This document shows positions 49,781-62,900 of a DNA stretch of 64,000 bases, piece by piece; positions within the stretch are counted from its first letter, which is position 1, and every line of letters begins with the position of its first letter. The notes beneath the pieces are model-generated. The model was not told the DNA's origin. It searched no databases and saw nothing but the letters and a program-made list of their open reading frames with translations. Both the position numbers and the translations under genes were made by a program. The stretch is from Macrostomum lignano (taxonomy: Eukaryota): the NCBI GenBank assembly GCA_002269645.1, contig NIVC01000886.1:1-64000 (forward strand). The letters are read 5' to 3'.

Positions 49781-51133
49781 TTGGGCAGTTCCTTCGAATG
49801 TGACCTGGCAGATTACAGCTGTAACACACTGGCATTGGTCGTTGCGACGGATGATGGCCAGCTTGAGCTTGGGCCTGTTGCTGAAGTGGTCTTGGGGTCG
49901 CATGCGGCTGTCGATTCAGTGGCTTCCACGATGTCGTTGGGTCACTCTGGTGCTCACCCCAGGTCGTTGTCCATGCATTGGCAGAGCTGCTGATCCCACC
50001 ACGGGTGCCGACGTCGCCGTGCCGCGTTGATGCTGCTGATTTTGTCCTTGGCCTTCTAGGAATTGCTGAGTCTCGCGGATCTGCTGAGCCCATCGGAGCG
50101 CTTGCTCTGTTGTTGTCACTGGCATTGGCATATTAAGAAGACGCTCTGTCACATAGCTGTTGTTTAGGCCCTGGATAAACTGGTCCAAGACAGCTTGTTG
50201 AAGGAACTCGTGAGCACCTGCATCAGGAAATGCTTTGACAGCCAGGCGTTGCAATGCAGTGAGAAACTGTTCGAAGGTCTCATCTTTTCCTCGGCATCGA
50301 CTTCGAAGCTCAAGCCGAAGCAAGGCTGTACTCTTTGCTCCTCCGTGCCGCGCTCGCAGAAACTGTAGCAGTGAGTCATACCGTGCTCCAGGAAGGTGCT
50401 CCAGGTTTGAACCAACTGGCAACCCATGCAGGACGCACTGCTGGTCGAACCAAGCCGCGTACGTGGCAAACGCGGGCCCTAGATAAGCAATTAAAGTTGC
50501 AATTTTGCCGTGCTCACCCAATCCTGGGAACCGACTCATGAATGCTGACATGCGGCTTAGGAAGTCGTCAAAATTCTCTCGGCTATTGAATGGTGCAGGC
50601 TTGGGCACTGGTGGTAAGGGAGGCTGACTGAATTGATGCTGCACTGGGGCATGCACTGCCTCTGCATAGGTTGGTGTCAGTCGAGCCCCTGGTGTTGGTG
50701 CTGCCTGTTGTCCATGGTACAGGTGAGGCATACCTGTGCACGGCCTGGTGTTATTGCTGTTGGTTGCTCCTCCTTGCATCGGGAATGCTGTCGTAGGTTG
50801 AGGTTGCCTCTCTGACTGTAGTGGATCTGGCGAGCTTGCAGCTTCACACTGTTGTTGCACTTGCACTCGGTGCTCGGCATAATCAGCAGAAGCTAAATAA
50901 TCATGGCACCTGTGTCTGTGTCTCCTTACTGGGCATGTCTCAGCACTGTTGATCGCATCGTCGAGCGTTTCAATTGTGTCAGATTCATGGAGATCGTGGT
51001 AACTCTGTTTTCCTCGGTCCTGCTCTGGATGACTGGCTGCTGCAGCTGCCGCTGCGGCACCGTGTATGGCTGTAGTAGGTATAGGCCTTAGTACATCTCG
51101 GCCACGAAGTTGCAGAAAGTCTTGCCTCCACAT
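49731..51133 (-). CDS. Gypsy gag with CCHC zinc knuckle; one frame change between 49916 and 50093
   Basis: ATG 51133; capsid-like region PFNSRENFDDF to LRLELRSRC to VLDQFIQGL; the knuckle lies in a different frame (ORF 49731-50093). Confidence 0.75.
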
Positions 51134-51158
51134 GCTCAATCTCGCTCCAAGGACTTCG

Positions 51159-51176
51159 GTCCTGGCGTGGTCGCCA
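51159..51176 (-). other. Primer-binding site, probably for tRNA-Arg(UCG)
   Basis: Minus strand TGGCGACCACGCCAGGAC lies 2 nt from the 5' LTR and is complementary to a tRNA 3' end CGTGGTCG-CCA; the isoacceptor is assigned from recalled animal tRNA-Arg ends. Confidence 0.75.
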
Positions 51177-52178
51177 AATGTAAGACTTGCACTTTGTCGA
51201 GACGTAATTCAAACTCGATTCTGATTTTATATTTCGAGGTGCCGCGTCACTACTCCACCAAAAGTACCAACATGGTCTGATGCGAGAGCGCTTTTTAAAT
51301 TGGGGCGCACTTTCGGAAGTACAACAAAATACATTATCGATAATATACACTAACAATCCTAACCCCCAACTAAACCAAAATGCATCCATTGAAATTCAAT
51401 GATGAGATTTGCTACACCGCCATAAGCTCAAATTTCTCAATTTTTTTTATTTTTAGTGTGTTAAAACAAAGTTCGGCATATCTACTCCCACTTTGTTGTG
51501 TAACCTGCTAAAATTATAGCAAATAGCTGCTTGGTTTAATATTTTATACGTATTTTTAAAATTAAGAAAATTAAGTAAAATTGAATCATCAAAAGAGACC
51601 AATTTCAAGCTGCAACTTTTTAAGAAATTTGCAGGGCCACGATGACATGACAGGCGTTCGGCGTTCAACGGGCGTTGCCGCGTTGCGGTCCAATACCAAG
51701 TGACAGACTGACAGTTTACACTGACTGACTGTTGGAGCTCTAGGCTTTAGATATAAGGCTCTAGGCCTAGTATTTAGATCTGTAACTCACCATGCATAGC
51801 CCTAGTCCCTGTTAGATACTAATAGTAATAGATAGACGCCACCCTAATCCCCATCCTTATATCAACATCTGGATGTGCATGTTCCTATTTTGTTGCCTTA
51901 ATAATTTTATACCATTGAAACTTTTAGTCATTCTTTGGTAATTTTTATTCCATATGATAGATCCCACTTGCCTAAGCAAAATTACACTTGTGAATTGTGT
52001 ATTGTGAATTTACAAGTGCAAACTGTTGAACATTACTAGGCCTACTTGTTGAATACTCATCAAAACAATAATAAATGAGTACTAAGTACCAAGTATGAAA
52101 AAAACCTAAGACAAGTATCCTAAGTACCAAGTACTTGCCTAGGCCTGGTTAGGATCTTACCTTAAGAACAAGTTGGCA

Positions 52179-53200
52179 CAGTGGCAGCGCAGTATCTATA
52201 ATTATTATGGAGGATAGTATAGTATAGCCTAGACTGTCATCACTGTCACCCCCTCCCCTAGCAAATTTTTTATAGAATTATAGCAGTGCTAGTGCATTAC
52301 ACTAAAATCTCATAAAAATGCATATTATAGGGGCTATCCTATAAAATCATTTGTTAAATTACTTTTTCGCTTGAATTAAATTCCTTTCAGTTTTATAAAA
52401 GTCAAAATCTAAAACAGGTTAATGAATTTTAAACCATTTAACATAATGTATTGCAGCAAAAATTTGGCAGCAAAAGCACCAAAATTGTTTGTTTTACTTA
52501 TAGTCTATTGCCATATCATAACTATGTTATTAGGGTACTATAGTACTTTGATGTTGAGTAATATCTAATATGCCTAGTAGGCCTATGATTAGGTAATTTT
52601 ATCCAGGACATATATCCACTAAGTCTACATTTAAATTTGTATGCTAGGCCTAATGTATCAAAAATTTTTTTTTTAAAGCAACAGTTTTATACATAGTAAG
52701 CATAAAAATATATTTATGGTCAAAAGGTTATAATAGTATGAGGGGACCTTTAAAAAGAATGTGATTGAGATTGAAAAAATTATTTGCTTACTTTTCTGAT
52801 TTTGGACTAGGGGGCCCATTACTCTCTGGATGGCTAGTCAACCAATAGCCTCAAGTTGGATTGTGCCACTTATGAAGTTATAGTTGGCTTTAGACTAGTG
52901 ATTGACTATAATATAATTTTGTTGCCAGTACATATTAAGATATTAATTTATTAACTTGTTTTATATTTTTAGACTATAAAACAAGAAAATCAAATTCAAG
53001 AGAAAAAATAATTTAGTTTACAATTATATATATATAAGATAGTTATTATAAGCTTATACTAAAAATTATGAGGGTAGATTATCTCATAGAAAGATGGGAA
53101 GATGATCACCTTGTAGGGACAAAGGATTAAGAGGGTGGTCACCTAGGGGCAACAATGTCTATTATCCCCCTGTGCCCCTGCAGTGCCACTGCAACCACTA
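52179..53200. mobile_element. Probable non-autonomous hAT-like element, about 1 kb
   Basis: 8-bp direct repeat AGTTGGCA at 52171-52178 and 53201-53208; termini CAGTGG / CCACTA; subterminal CTGCAGTGCCACTG matches the left end at 12 of 14 positions. Confidence 0.5.
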
Positions 53201-53978
53201 AGTTGGCAAACTACTGTATGAATAATTGGCTATTTTTTAATATGCACCTAAACTATAGTTCAATATGCCACATTGCTAGCCTCTTTCTATTGCTAGGCCT
53301 ATTAAATCTTTATTAGGCCTATGTATATGATTTAAAGCAATATAAAAAGTAGGACACTTTATTAATTTTCTTAATAATTCTTTCTTGGTCATATTAGTAT
53401 AAGATCTATAAAGGTAATGTTTTTTTTCTAACAATAAAAAGCTTATCTTTAGTTTAAATTATAATAACGATTTTAGCTTTTCCATTAAGGCTATGTCTAT
53501 TCTGTTTAATAAACCCATTCTAAAATTAGAAATTGTTTTTAAATTTTGTATATTAGGTTGTAGATCAGTCAAAATCCTAGACTTTTCCTAATCTCAATAA
53601 TTTGGCTTATTTGACTTAGCTACAGAGGGCATTGTCTAGCAGATAAAATGTGAGTAAAGTCTCGATAGTTTAGAATAAATAAAATTGTAAGCTAAATCCA
53701 AAACTTCAAGGTTTTAGCAGCAAGGAATTGACTTTCTTAGTAGGTACCTTGACTATAAACTAGATCATAAATAGCATTAGTTGTATTTACAAATTATAAT
53801 TTATATAGTATCGTGGTCATTAGTTTGGTCAATTATTATTCTTATTAACTTATTCCTTTATTTTGCATGCTTGTTCAACATCTATTTAGACCATAAGGAT
53901 AATTATTACTAAGGGCAATTTGAATAAAGCTCTTATAGTTTATTAATATCCTTGAATTCAACAACACTGCAAATCACC

Positions 53979-56900
53979 ATGCAGGAGTCTGGTAAGCAGA
54001 AATCTTTGTTTTAATTTTTAATGCTGAACATTATATGCATAATATAATAGTAGTGGCTTATTTTTTATTCCAAATTTTAGGGTTACAAAATAGAACTGGC
54101 TTGGCCTATGTCCTATCTTACATCATAAAAATGATGTTTCGTTGTACCAATTATATACAAATTAGAAGGGTCCACAACAATTGACTGCTGAAATTAACTG
54201 TAGATTTAACTTCAATGCTATCCTAAACCCCTCACATTAAACCTAACTTTAATACTATTCTAATAAACTAGCCCTAACCTCTTAAACCTTAGTCTAAAAC
54301 CTAATTTAAGCCACTGACAGTCAATTTAAATTAAAAAGTAAATAATGATTCTGTCAAATTCAAACCTATGGGAAACCCCCCCCCCTCTAAACAATTGGCA
54401 GTCAGCAGCACTTCTCTCGCAGACCCGGATGGTTCCAGTTCAGTGCACGCTACAACATCAGATGACGCCGCATCCTCAGCATCCGGAGGCTACATTGTCA
54501 AGGGCAACGTCTATCAGGGCACACCTGCTAATCAGTGGCGGCACGCCTCTCTGCAGCAGCTGATGTTGCAGCATCAACAGCTTCAGCAGCAGCAACAGCA
54601 GCAGCACTCCAGACGGACCAGTGAAGCTCTGGAAGCTGCTGACGGCGGATTCGGCCCTGAGTCGACGCCTGTCTCGGCCACTCTGCCAGTTTCTGGCCGG
54701 GTTAAACTGCTGCAGGTGAGGCTATTGTGCCTCTGATATATCTCCACTGGCTTACCTATGTGGCTATCAGTCTTCTGCTTAATGGGTCTGTTTGTAGTTT
54801 TTTTCTTTCTTGCGACCTCTGCTTGTCTCCATCTTCGGTCTACCTGTCTCCTACCCCTACTCCCCTCTCTCACCTCTACCTGTCTGCTTCTACCCCTCTA
54901 CCTGTCCCCCTCTATCCTTCTACCTGTCTCCCTCTCTCCCCTCTACCTGTCTTCCTCTCTCCCCTCTATCTGTCTCCCTCTCTCCCCTCTACCCGTCTTC
55001 CTCTACCCCTCTACCTGTCTCCCTCTCTCCCCTCTACCTGTCTCCCTCTCTCCCCTCTATACCTGTCTTCCTCTACCCCTCTACCCCTCTACCTGTCTCC
55101 CTCTACCCTCTACCCCTCCCCTCTACCTGTCTCCCTCTCTCCCCTCTACCTCCCTCTACCTGTCTCCCTCTCTCCCCTCTATACCTGTCCTCCTCTACCC
55201 CTCTACCTGTCTCCCTCTACCCCTCCCCTCTACCTGTCTCCCTCTACCCCTCCCCTCTACCTGTCTCCCTTTACCCCTCCCCTCTACCTGTCTCCCTCTC
55301 TCCCCTCTACCTGTCTCCCTCTCTCCCCTCTACCCGTCTCCCTCTCTCCCCTCTACCTGTCTTCCTCTCCCTTCATCTCACTTTACCAAATTATCTGTCT
55401 AATCCATCCGCATTATTTATGCGCACCCCTCACCAACAGGAGTCGCTTTCCCGCCTCAAACGCCGTCCCCTGCTGACTTCCCCGACCGCCTCCTCCGTTG
55501 GCACCGCCCGCGGTTTCGAATCGCTGCCCGTGCTGGGCGCAGAGTTCGCTGATTCGGAGGACAGCCCCAGCAGTCTGCCTGGCACATTTGATGAAGCTCT
55601 GCAGCGTCACGCAGGCGAAGGCTCTGGCAAATCCCTGGCCATCACCTGTATGGAGGCCGACGGTAAAACTGGTCGCACTCTGACCTACGCCAAGCTATAC
55701 AGCTCCTCTAGGAGACTGGCTTATTACCTGCTGAATAAGGTCGGGCACAAGGGTTCGAGCAGTTTGAAACCAGGCGATCGGGCTGCTCTGCTGTTGCCAG
55801 CATCTGATGTGTGCACTCTGGCCACCGCCTTTGCCGCCTGTCAGCTGGCTGGTGTGGTGCCTGTGCCTGTTGAACCGCCGCCTACTGCCACTGCTGAGAC
55901 CGGCCAGATGCTGGCTGCTCTGGAGGTTGGCTTGCTTGCTTTTATCAATTAATATCGTCTGGCGCGTCTAATGGCCTGCGTGCCTAATAGTGCTCTCCCT
56001 GAATGCCTAATAGTGCTCTCCCTGAATGCCTAATAGTGCCCTCCCTGTATGTCTAATAGTGCCCTCCCTCATGTCTAATAGTGCCCTCCCTGCATGTCTA
56101 ATAGTGCCCTCCCTGCATGTCTAATAGTGCCCTCCCTGCATGTCTAATAGTGCCCTCCCTGCATGTCTAATTGTGCCCTCCCTGCATGCCTAATAGTGCC
56201 CTCCCGGTGTGCCTAATAGTGCCCTCCCTGCATGTCTAATAGTGCCCTCCCTGCATGTCTAATAGTGCCCTCCCTGTATGTCTAATAGTGCCCTCCCTCA
56301 TGTCTAATAGTGCCCTCCCTGCATGTCTAATAGTGCCCTCCCTGTATGTCTAATAGTGCCCTCCCTGTATGTCTAATAGTGCCCTCCCTGTATGTCTAAT
56401 AGTGCCCTCCCTGCATGTCTAATAGTGCCCTCCCGGTGTGCCTAATAGTGCCTTCCCTGCGTGCCTAATAACACACCTATCTACACACCTGAAACACTTC
56501 CCGGCATGTGTAATGACTAATTAAGTTTTTATATTGCACTGGCATACAAAAAACGCAAACCACCGCCCCCACCTCACAAGGCCCGAGCCGTGCTCACTAG
56601 CGAATCATTCTATCGCCAGCTGAAGACTCAGTCCCAGCACGAGCCGCCCTCTTACCCGGGCTGGCCGAGCGGCTTGCACTGGATCCTGGCCGATGCCCAG
56701 GGCCTGACTAAACCGGCGAAGGACTGGCGACCGCCCCAGTCTGGACAGCAGAGCCAGCAGCAGCCGTTGGCCTATGCTGAATGCGGCCCAGCCAGAGACG
56801 GCAGCGCCAGAGCTGTGTGCATCTCCAGAGTCGCTCTGCTGAGCCACGGAAAAGCGCTCTGCTCAGCGCTGGGCTACGGCAAAGGCGACACGGCCGTATG

Positions 56901-59900
56901 TCTGCTGGATCCTCGCCGTGATGTCGGCCTATGGCACGGCCTGGTAGCCTCTATGCTAGCCGGTCTGCACGTGTATTTTGTACCCTACAGTCTGATGAAA
57001 TCTGATTCATTAGCTTGGCTGCGTCTGGTTGCTAAGCAACGGGTGGCCTATGCTTGGGCGAAATCGCGCGATCTCTACTGGTCTCTGCTGGCTGGAAAAG
57101 ACGAGAGCTCTACTAGCGGAATGAGTCTGGCTAGTCTGCGCTGTCTTCTAGTAGCAGACTCCATCAATCCTTGGTCGTTGACGTCGTGCGATTCTTTCTT
57201 GACTTGTTTTCGAAGCCGGGGCTTGAGCCCGAACTGTCTGGTCACGTGTGCCTACTCGCCTGAGTCTCTGACTGTCAGCCTGCGCAGACCGGGCTACTCT
57301 GTTGGTCGGGGCGTTGTCAGCATGCACGGGCTGAGCTATGGACTAGTGCAGGTAAGGAACTCCCAAGTTCTTAAATAGCTTCTTGCATTGTAATTTGGAG
57401 TTCCAGATACTCGAATAGCTTTCCATTATCTTCAATTAGCTTCCCAGATCTTCAATTAGATTTCCAGATCCTCAATTAGCTTCCCAAATCCTCAAATAGC
57501 TTCTCAAATCCTCAGATAGCTTTCCAGCTCCTTAGATAGCTTCCCAGATCCTCAATTAGCTTCCCAGATCCTTAAATAGCTTCCAGATCCTTAAATAGCT
57601 TCCCAGATCCTCAACTAGCATCCCAGATTCTCAGAAAGCTTTCCAGATTCTCAATTAGCTTCCTAGATCCTCAACTAGCTTCCCAGATCCTTAAATAGCT
57701 TTCCAGCTCCTTAGATAGCTTCCCAGATCCTCAATTAGCTTCCCAGATCCTTAAATAGCTTTCCAGCTCCTTAGATAGCTTCCCAGATCCTCAACTAGCT
57801 TCCCAGATCCTTAAATAGCTTTCCAGCTCCTTAGATAGCTTCCCAGATCCTCAACTAGCATCCCAGATTCTCAATTAGCTTTCCAGATCTTCAATTAGAT
57901 TTCCAGATCCTCAATTAGCTTGCAAGATCCTCAATTAGATTTTCAGATCCTCAAATAGCTTCCCAGATCCTCAACTAGCTTCCCAAATCCTTGAATAGCT
58001 TCCCAGATCTTTGAATAGTTTCCCAGATCCTTAAATAGCTTCCCAAATCCTTAAATAGCTTCCCAGATCCCTAAATAGCTTCCCAGATCCTTAAATAGCT
58101 TCCCAAATCCTTAAATAGCTTCCCAGATCCTCAACTAGCTTCCCAGATCCTTGAATAGCTTTCCAGATCCTTAAATAGCTTCCCAGATCCCTAAATAGCT
58201 TCCCAGATCCTCAACTAGCATCCCAGATTCTCAGAAAGCTTCCCAGATTCTCAATTAGCTTCCTAGATCCTCAACTAGCTTCCCAGATCCTTGAATAGCT
58301 TCCCAGATCCTTGAATAGCTTCCCAGATCCTTAAATAGCTTCCCAGATCCTTAAATAGCTTCCCAGATCCTTGAATAGCTTCCCAGATCCCTAAATAGCT
58401 TCCCAGATCCTTAAATAGCTTCCCAAATCCTTAAATAGCTTCCCAGATCCTTAAAAAGCTTCCTAGATCCTTAAATAGCTTCCCAGATCCTTAAATAGCT
58501 TCCCAGATCCTCAACTAGCTTCCCAGATCCTCAACTAGCATCTCAGATCCTCAACTAGCTTCTCAGATCCTTAAATAGCTTTCTAGATCCTCAAATAGCT
58601 TCCCAGATCCTTAAATAGCTTCCCAGATCCTCAACTAGCATCCCAGATCCTCAACTAGCATCTCAGATCCTCAACTAGCTTCTCAGATCCTCAACTAGCT
58701 TCTCAGATCCTTAAATAGCTTTCTAGATCCTCAAATAGCTTCCCAGATCCTTTAATAGCTTCTCAGATCCTTAAATAGCTTTCTAGATCCTCAAATAGCT
58801 TTCCAGATCCTCAAATAGCTTCCCAGATCCTTAAATAGCTTCCCAGATCCTCGAATGGCTTTCCAGATCCTTAGAAAGCTCCCCAGATCCCTAGAAAGCT
58901 CCCCAAATCCCAGAAAGCTCCCCAGATCCTCAAATAACTTCCCAGATCCTTAAATAGCTTCCCAGATCCTCGAATGGCTTTCCAGATCCTTAGAAAGCTC
59001 CCCAGATCCCTAGAAAGCTCCCCAAATCCCAGAAAGCTCCCCAGATCCTCAAATAACTTCCCAGATTCCTAGAAAGCTTCCCAGATCCCTAGAAAGCTCC
59101 CCAGATCCATAGAAAGCTCCCCAAATGCTCAATTAGCTTCCCAGATCCCTAGAGGGCCTCTAGAATATTCAAATATCTTCCAAGAGTCAAATAGAATCCT
59201 CAGTTTCTGGGCCCCCAGTCAATGAGTCAATACCCATCAGAACCCCCTACACTCTGCCGCTGCCAGGTGGACTCTGATTCGTCCTACACGTCGCTCACCC
59301 TGCAAGACTGCGGCCACCTGCTGCCCCAGTCGGCTGTCGCGGTGGTCCGTCTCGGCCGTCAGGGCGCCACGGAGTCCCGGCCGCAGCTGTGCCGCGTTGA
59401 TGAAGTTGGCGAAATCTGCGTCTGCTCTCGCTACTCAGCGGCCAGGTACGCCGGGAACGACTCGCCGAATGAACGGGTGTTCAACTGCCGGCCTGTGAGC
59501 GCTACGGGAGACGAAATTGACTCAGCGGGATCGGGCACTGATGGGGCATTCGTGCGCACCGGATTGATCGGCTTTCTGGGCCCGCCTACTTCGGTAAGAG
59601 AGTGGCTCTGGTTGTTTTGTCTGGTTTTTTTTTAACATTTAACATATATTTTCGAGTAGCGTCTCAAACTCTCAGCTAGCTTCATAGATCCTTAGATAGA
59701 TTCTATGATCCTCAGTCAACTTCCCAGATCCTCAACTCAGATCCTCAACTCGATCCTCAACTTAGATCCTCTACCAGATATATACTTAACTATTTTTCCA
59801 GATCCTCAACTGCCCAGATCCTCAACTGCCCAGATCCTCAACTACCCAGATCCTCAACTACCCAGATCCTCAACTACCCAGATCCTCAACTACCCAGATC

Positions 59901-62900
59901 CTCAACTGCCCAGATCCTCAACTGCCCAGATCCTCAACTACCCAGATCCTCAACTACCCAGATCCTCAACTGCCCAAATCCTCAACTACCCAGATCCTCA
60001 ACTACCCAGATCCTCAACTATCCAGATCCTCAACTACCCAGATCCTCAACTACCCAGATCCTCAACTACCCAGATCCTCAACTTAGATCCTCTACCCAGA
60101 TACTTAACTATTTTCCCAGATCCTCAACTACCCAGATCCTCAACTACGCTGATCCTCAACTACCCAGATCCTCAACTACCCAGATCCTCAACTACCCAGA
60201 TCCTCAACTGCCCAGATCCTCAACTACCCAGATCCTCAACTACCCAGATCCTCAACTACCCAGATCCTCAACTACCCAGATCCTCAACTACCCAGATCCT
60301 CAACTACCCAGATCCTAAACTACCCAGATCCTCAACTACCCAGATCCTCAACTACCCAGATCCTCAACTACCCAGATCCTCAACTACCCAGATCCTCAAC
60401 TACCCAGATCCTCAACTACCCAGATCCTCAACTACCCAGATCCTTAACTACCCAGATCCTCAACTACCCAGATCCTCAACTACCCGAATCCTCAACTACC
60501 CAGATCCTCAACTACCCGAATCCTCAACTACCCAGATCCTCAACTACCCAGATCCTCAACTGCCCAGATCCTCAACTACCCAGATCCTCAACTACCCAGA
60601 TCCTCAACTACCCAGATCCTCAACTACCCAGATCCTCAACTACCCAGATCCTCAACTACCCAGATCCTCAACTACCCGAATCCTTAACTACCCAGATCCT
60701 CAACTACCCAGATCCTCAACTACCCAGATCCTCAACTACCCAGATCCTTAACTACCCAGATCCTCAACTACCCAGATCCTCAACTACCCAGATCCTCAAC
60801 TACCCAGATCCTCAACTACCCAGATCCTCAACTACCCAGATCCTTAACTACCCAGATCCTCAACTACCCAGATCCTCAACTACCCAGATCCTCAACTACC
60901 CAGATCCTCAACTACCCAGATCCTCAACTACCCAGATCCTTAACTACCCAGATCCTCAACTACCCAGATCCTCTACTTAGATTCTTAACTATCTTCTCAG
61001 ATGCTCAACTAGAATCCTAGATGTTTAACTTCCGGGATCCTCAACGAGAATCCCAGATCTTCAACTAGCTGTCCAAATCCTCAACTAGCATCCCTACATA
61101 CCCCAACAGCTCTCCACTTTCCAACAAGCAATGAATCCCCATTGCGTCACCACAGGGAGGCCTGCTATTCGTTTGCGGCACAATTGCCACCCAACTATGC
61201 GTTGCTAAGCGACGCCACAGCGCCGAAGACATCATAGCAACCGTGCTGGCTGTTGAGCCTTTAAAATTCGTCTATCGCGGTCGCATAGCCGTGTTCGCCC
61301 AACCGTTGCTAGGCGACGATCGAATCGTTGTGGTTGCCGAGCAACGCCCTGACGCCAGCGACTCGCGCTGTCACACCTGGGCCTGTCACGTGCTGCAGGC
61401 GATGGAGAGCATTCACCAGGTGTGCTGGTTTGCTGGATGAATAAGATACCCTCTGGGGATACCTGTCTCAATAAGATACCCTCTGGGGATACCTGTCTTA
61501 ATAAGATACCCCCTGGGGATACCTGTCTTAATAAGATACCCCCTGGGGATACCTGTCTCAATAGGATACCCTCTAGGGATACCTGTCTCAATAAGATACC
61601 CTCTGGGGATACCTGTCTCAATAAGATACCCTCTGGGGATACCTGTCTCAATAAGATACCCCCTGCGGATACCTGTCTCAATAAGATACCCTCTGGGGAT
61701 ACCTGTCTCAATAAGATACCCTCTGGGGATACCTGTCTCAATAAGATACAGGAGGCACATATGGTACCTGCCTTCCTCAGCTGATGTATTCGAATGTCAA
61801 ACCCCCCCCCCCCAAATCAGCTGTCAGTTTACTGCCTGGCCCTCGTCCCGGCCAACTCGCTGCCCCGCGGTCCGCACGGCTCGGTGGAAACCGTCACTGT
61901 TCGAGACCTGTACTCGGCCGGCCGACTCCGACCCTGTCGCGTGCTCATGTGCCCCCAGGCCGCCGTTGCCGACCAGCTGCAGTTACTAATCGACGACGCC
62001 AACAATCCGACCTCCGACATCGACAACAATAGCGACGATTCGAAGTCGGTCGAATCTATCGAGCCGTCGGTGTCGGACCGGAGTTCGACAAGTTCCAGCA
62101 GCGCCGGGCCGACGCTGCCCTGCCTGACGCTGACCGACGCCCTTCGATGGCGAGCCAGCAGAGAGCCGGACACTCGACTGTTGTCGGTTTGCACCGACGC
62201 TTCGTCCGCATCCGACACCGACGGAGACTCATCCGCCGACACCGTAGACATTGTTGCCAGCTGCTCAGTTGGCGAGCCGCTCACAGCTCAGGGCCTGCTC
62301 AAACGAGCCGATCGGGTTGCCAGCCTGATTCGAACTGGACTGCAGCTCACTGCTCAACAACAGGCGCTGGTGTCTCCCATTGTGGCTGTGGCAGCGGCTC
62401 CAGGCCCGGACCTTCTTGCCGGACTGTTCGGCGCTATGCTGGCCGGCTGCGTGCCCGCCGTGATGCGGCCGCCTGCACCCGCTCCCAGCAGCTTGTCGGC
62501 TTTCGCTAGGCTGGTCCGCGCTGCAGACTGCGTGGGCGTAGTTTCTAGCCAGCCCGTGGCCAAGCTGCTGAAGGTGGGGCGCTGGGTTTTTTTAATTCAT
62601 GCTTCTCTTGTTGATTTTATGGATCCTATGCCTAAGATTCCTATCCGATGAATTCCAAGATACCCACTTCTTAAGTCCCAGATCCCCATTCTCCAAGTCC
62701 TAAATTCCTATCTCATTACCAAAGTTCTCATTCCCTAAGTCCCAGATCCCCATTCCCCAAGTCCTAGATCCCCATTCCTTAAGTCCCAGATCCCCATTCC
62801 CCAAGTCCCAGATCCCCATTCCCCAAGTCCCAGATCCCCATTCCTTAAGTCCCAGAAACCCAATCCTTAAGTCCCAGATCCCCATTCCCCAAGTCCCAGA

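Larger units (their letters stand above)
44628..51416 (-). mobile_element. Ty3/Gypsy LTR retrotransposon, near full length, with inactivating lesions
   Basis: LTRs 44628-44866 and 51179-51416 (TG...CA, identical except a 1-nt indel); PBS 51159-51176; G-rich PPT next to 44867; gag with CYSCNLPGHIRRNC; PR LIDTGAEV; RT SPIVLVRKKDG, FIDDVIV; RNase H DTDASD, RRELLAVV, VDHQAL; integrase HLGEAKT-CQVC, IDVV, SDRG, GLVERFHRT, WTGPF. Confidence 0.96.
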
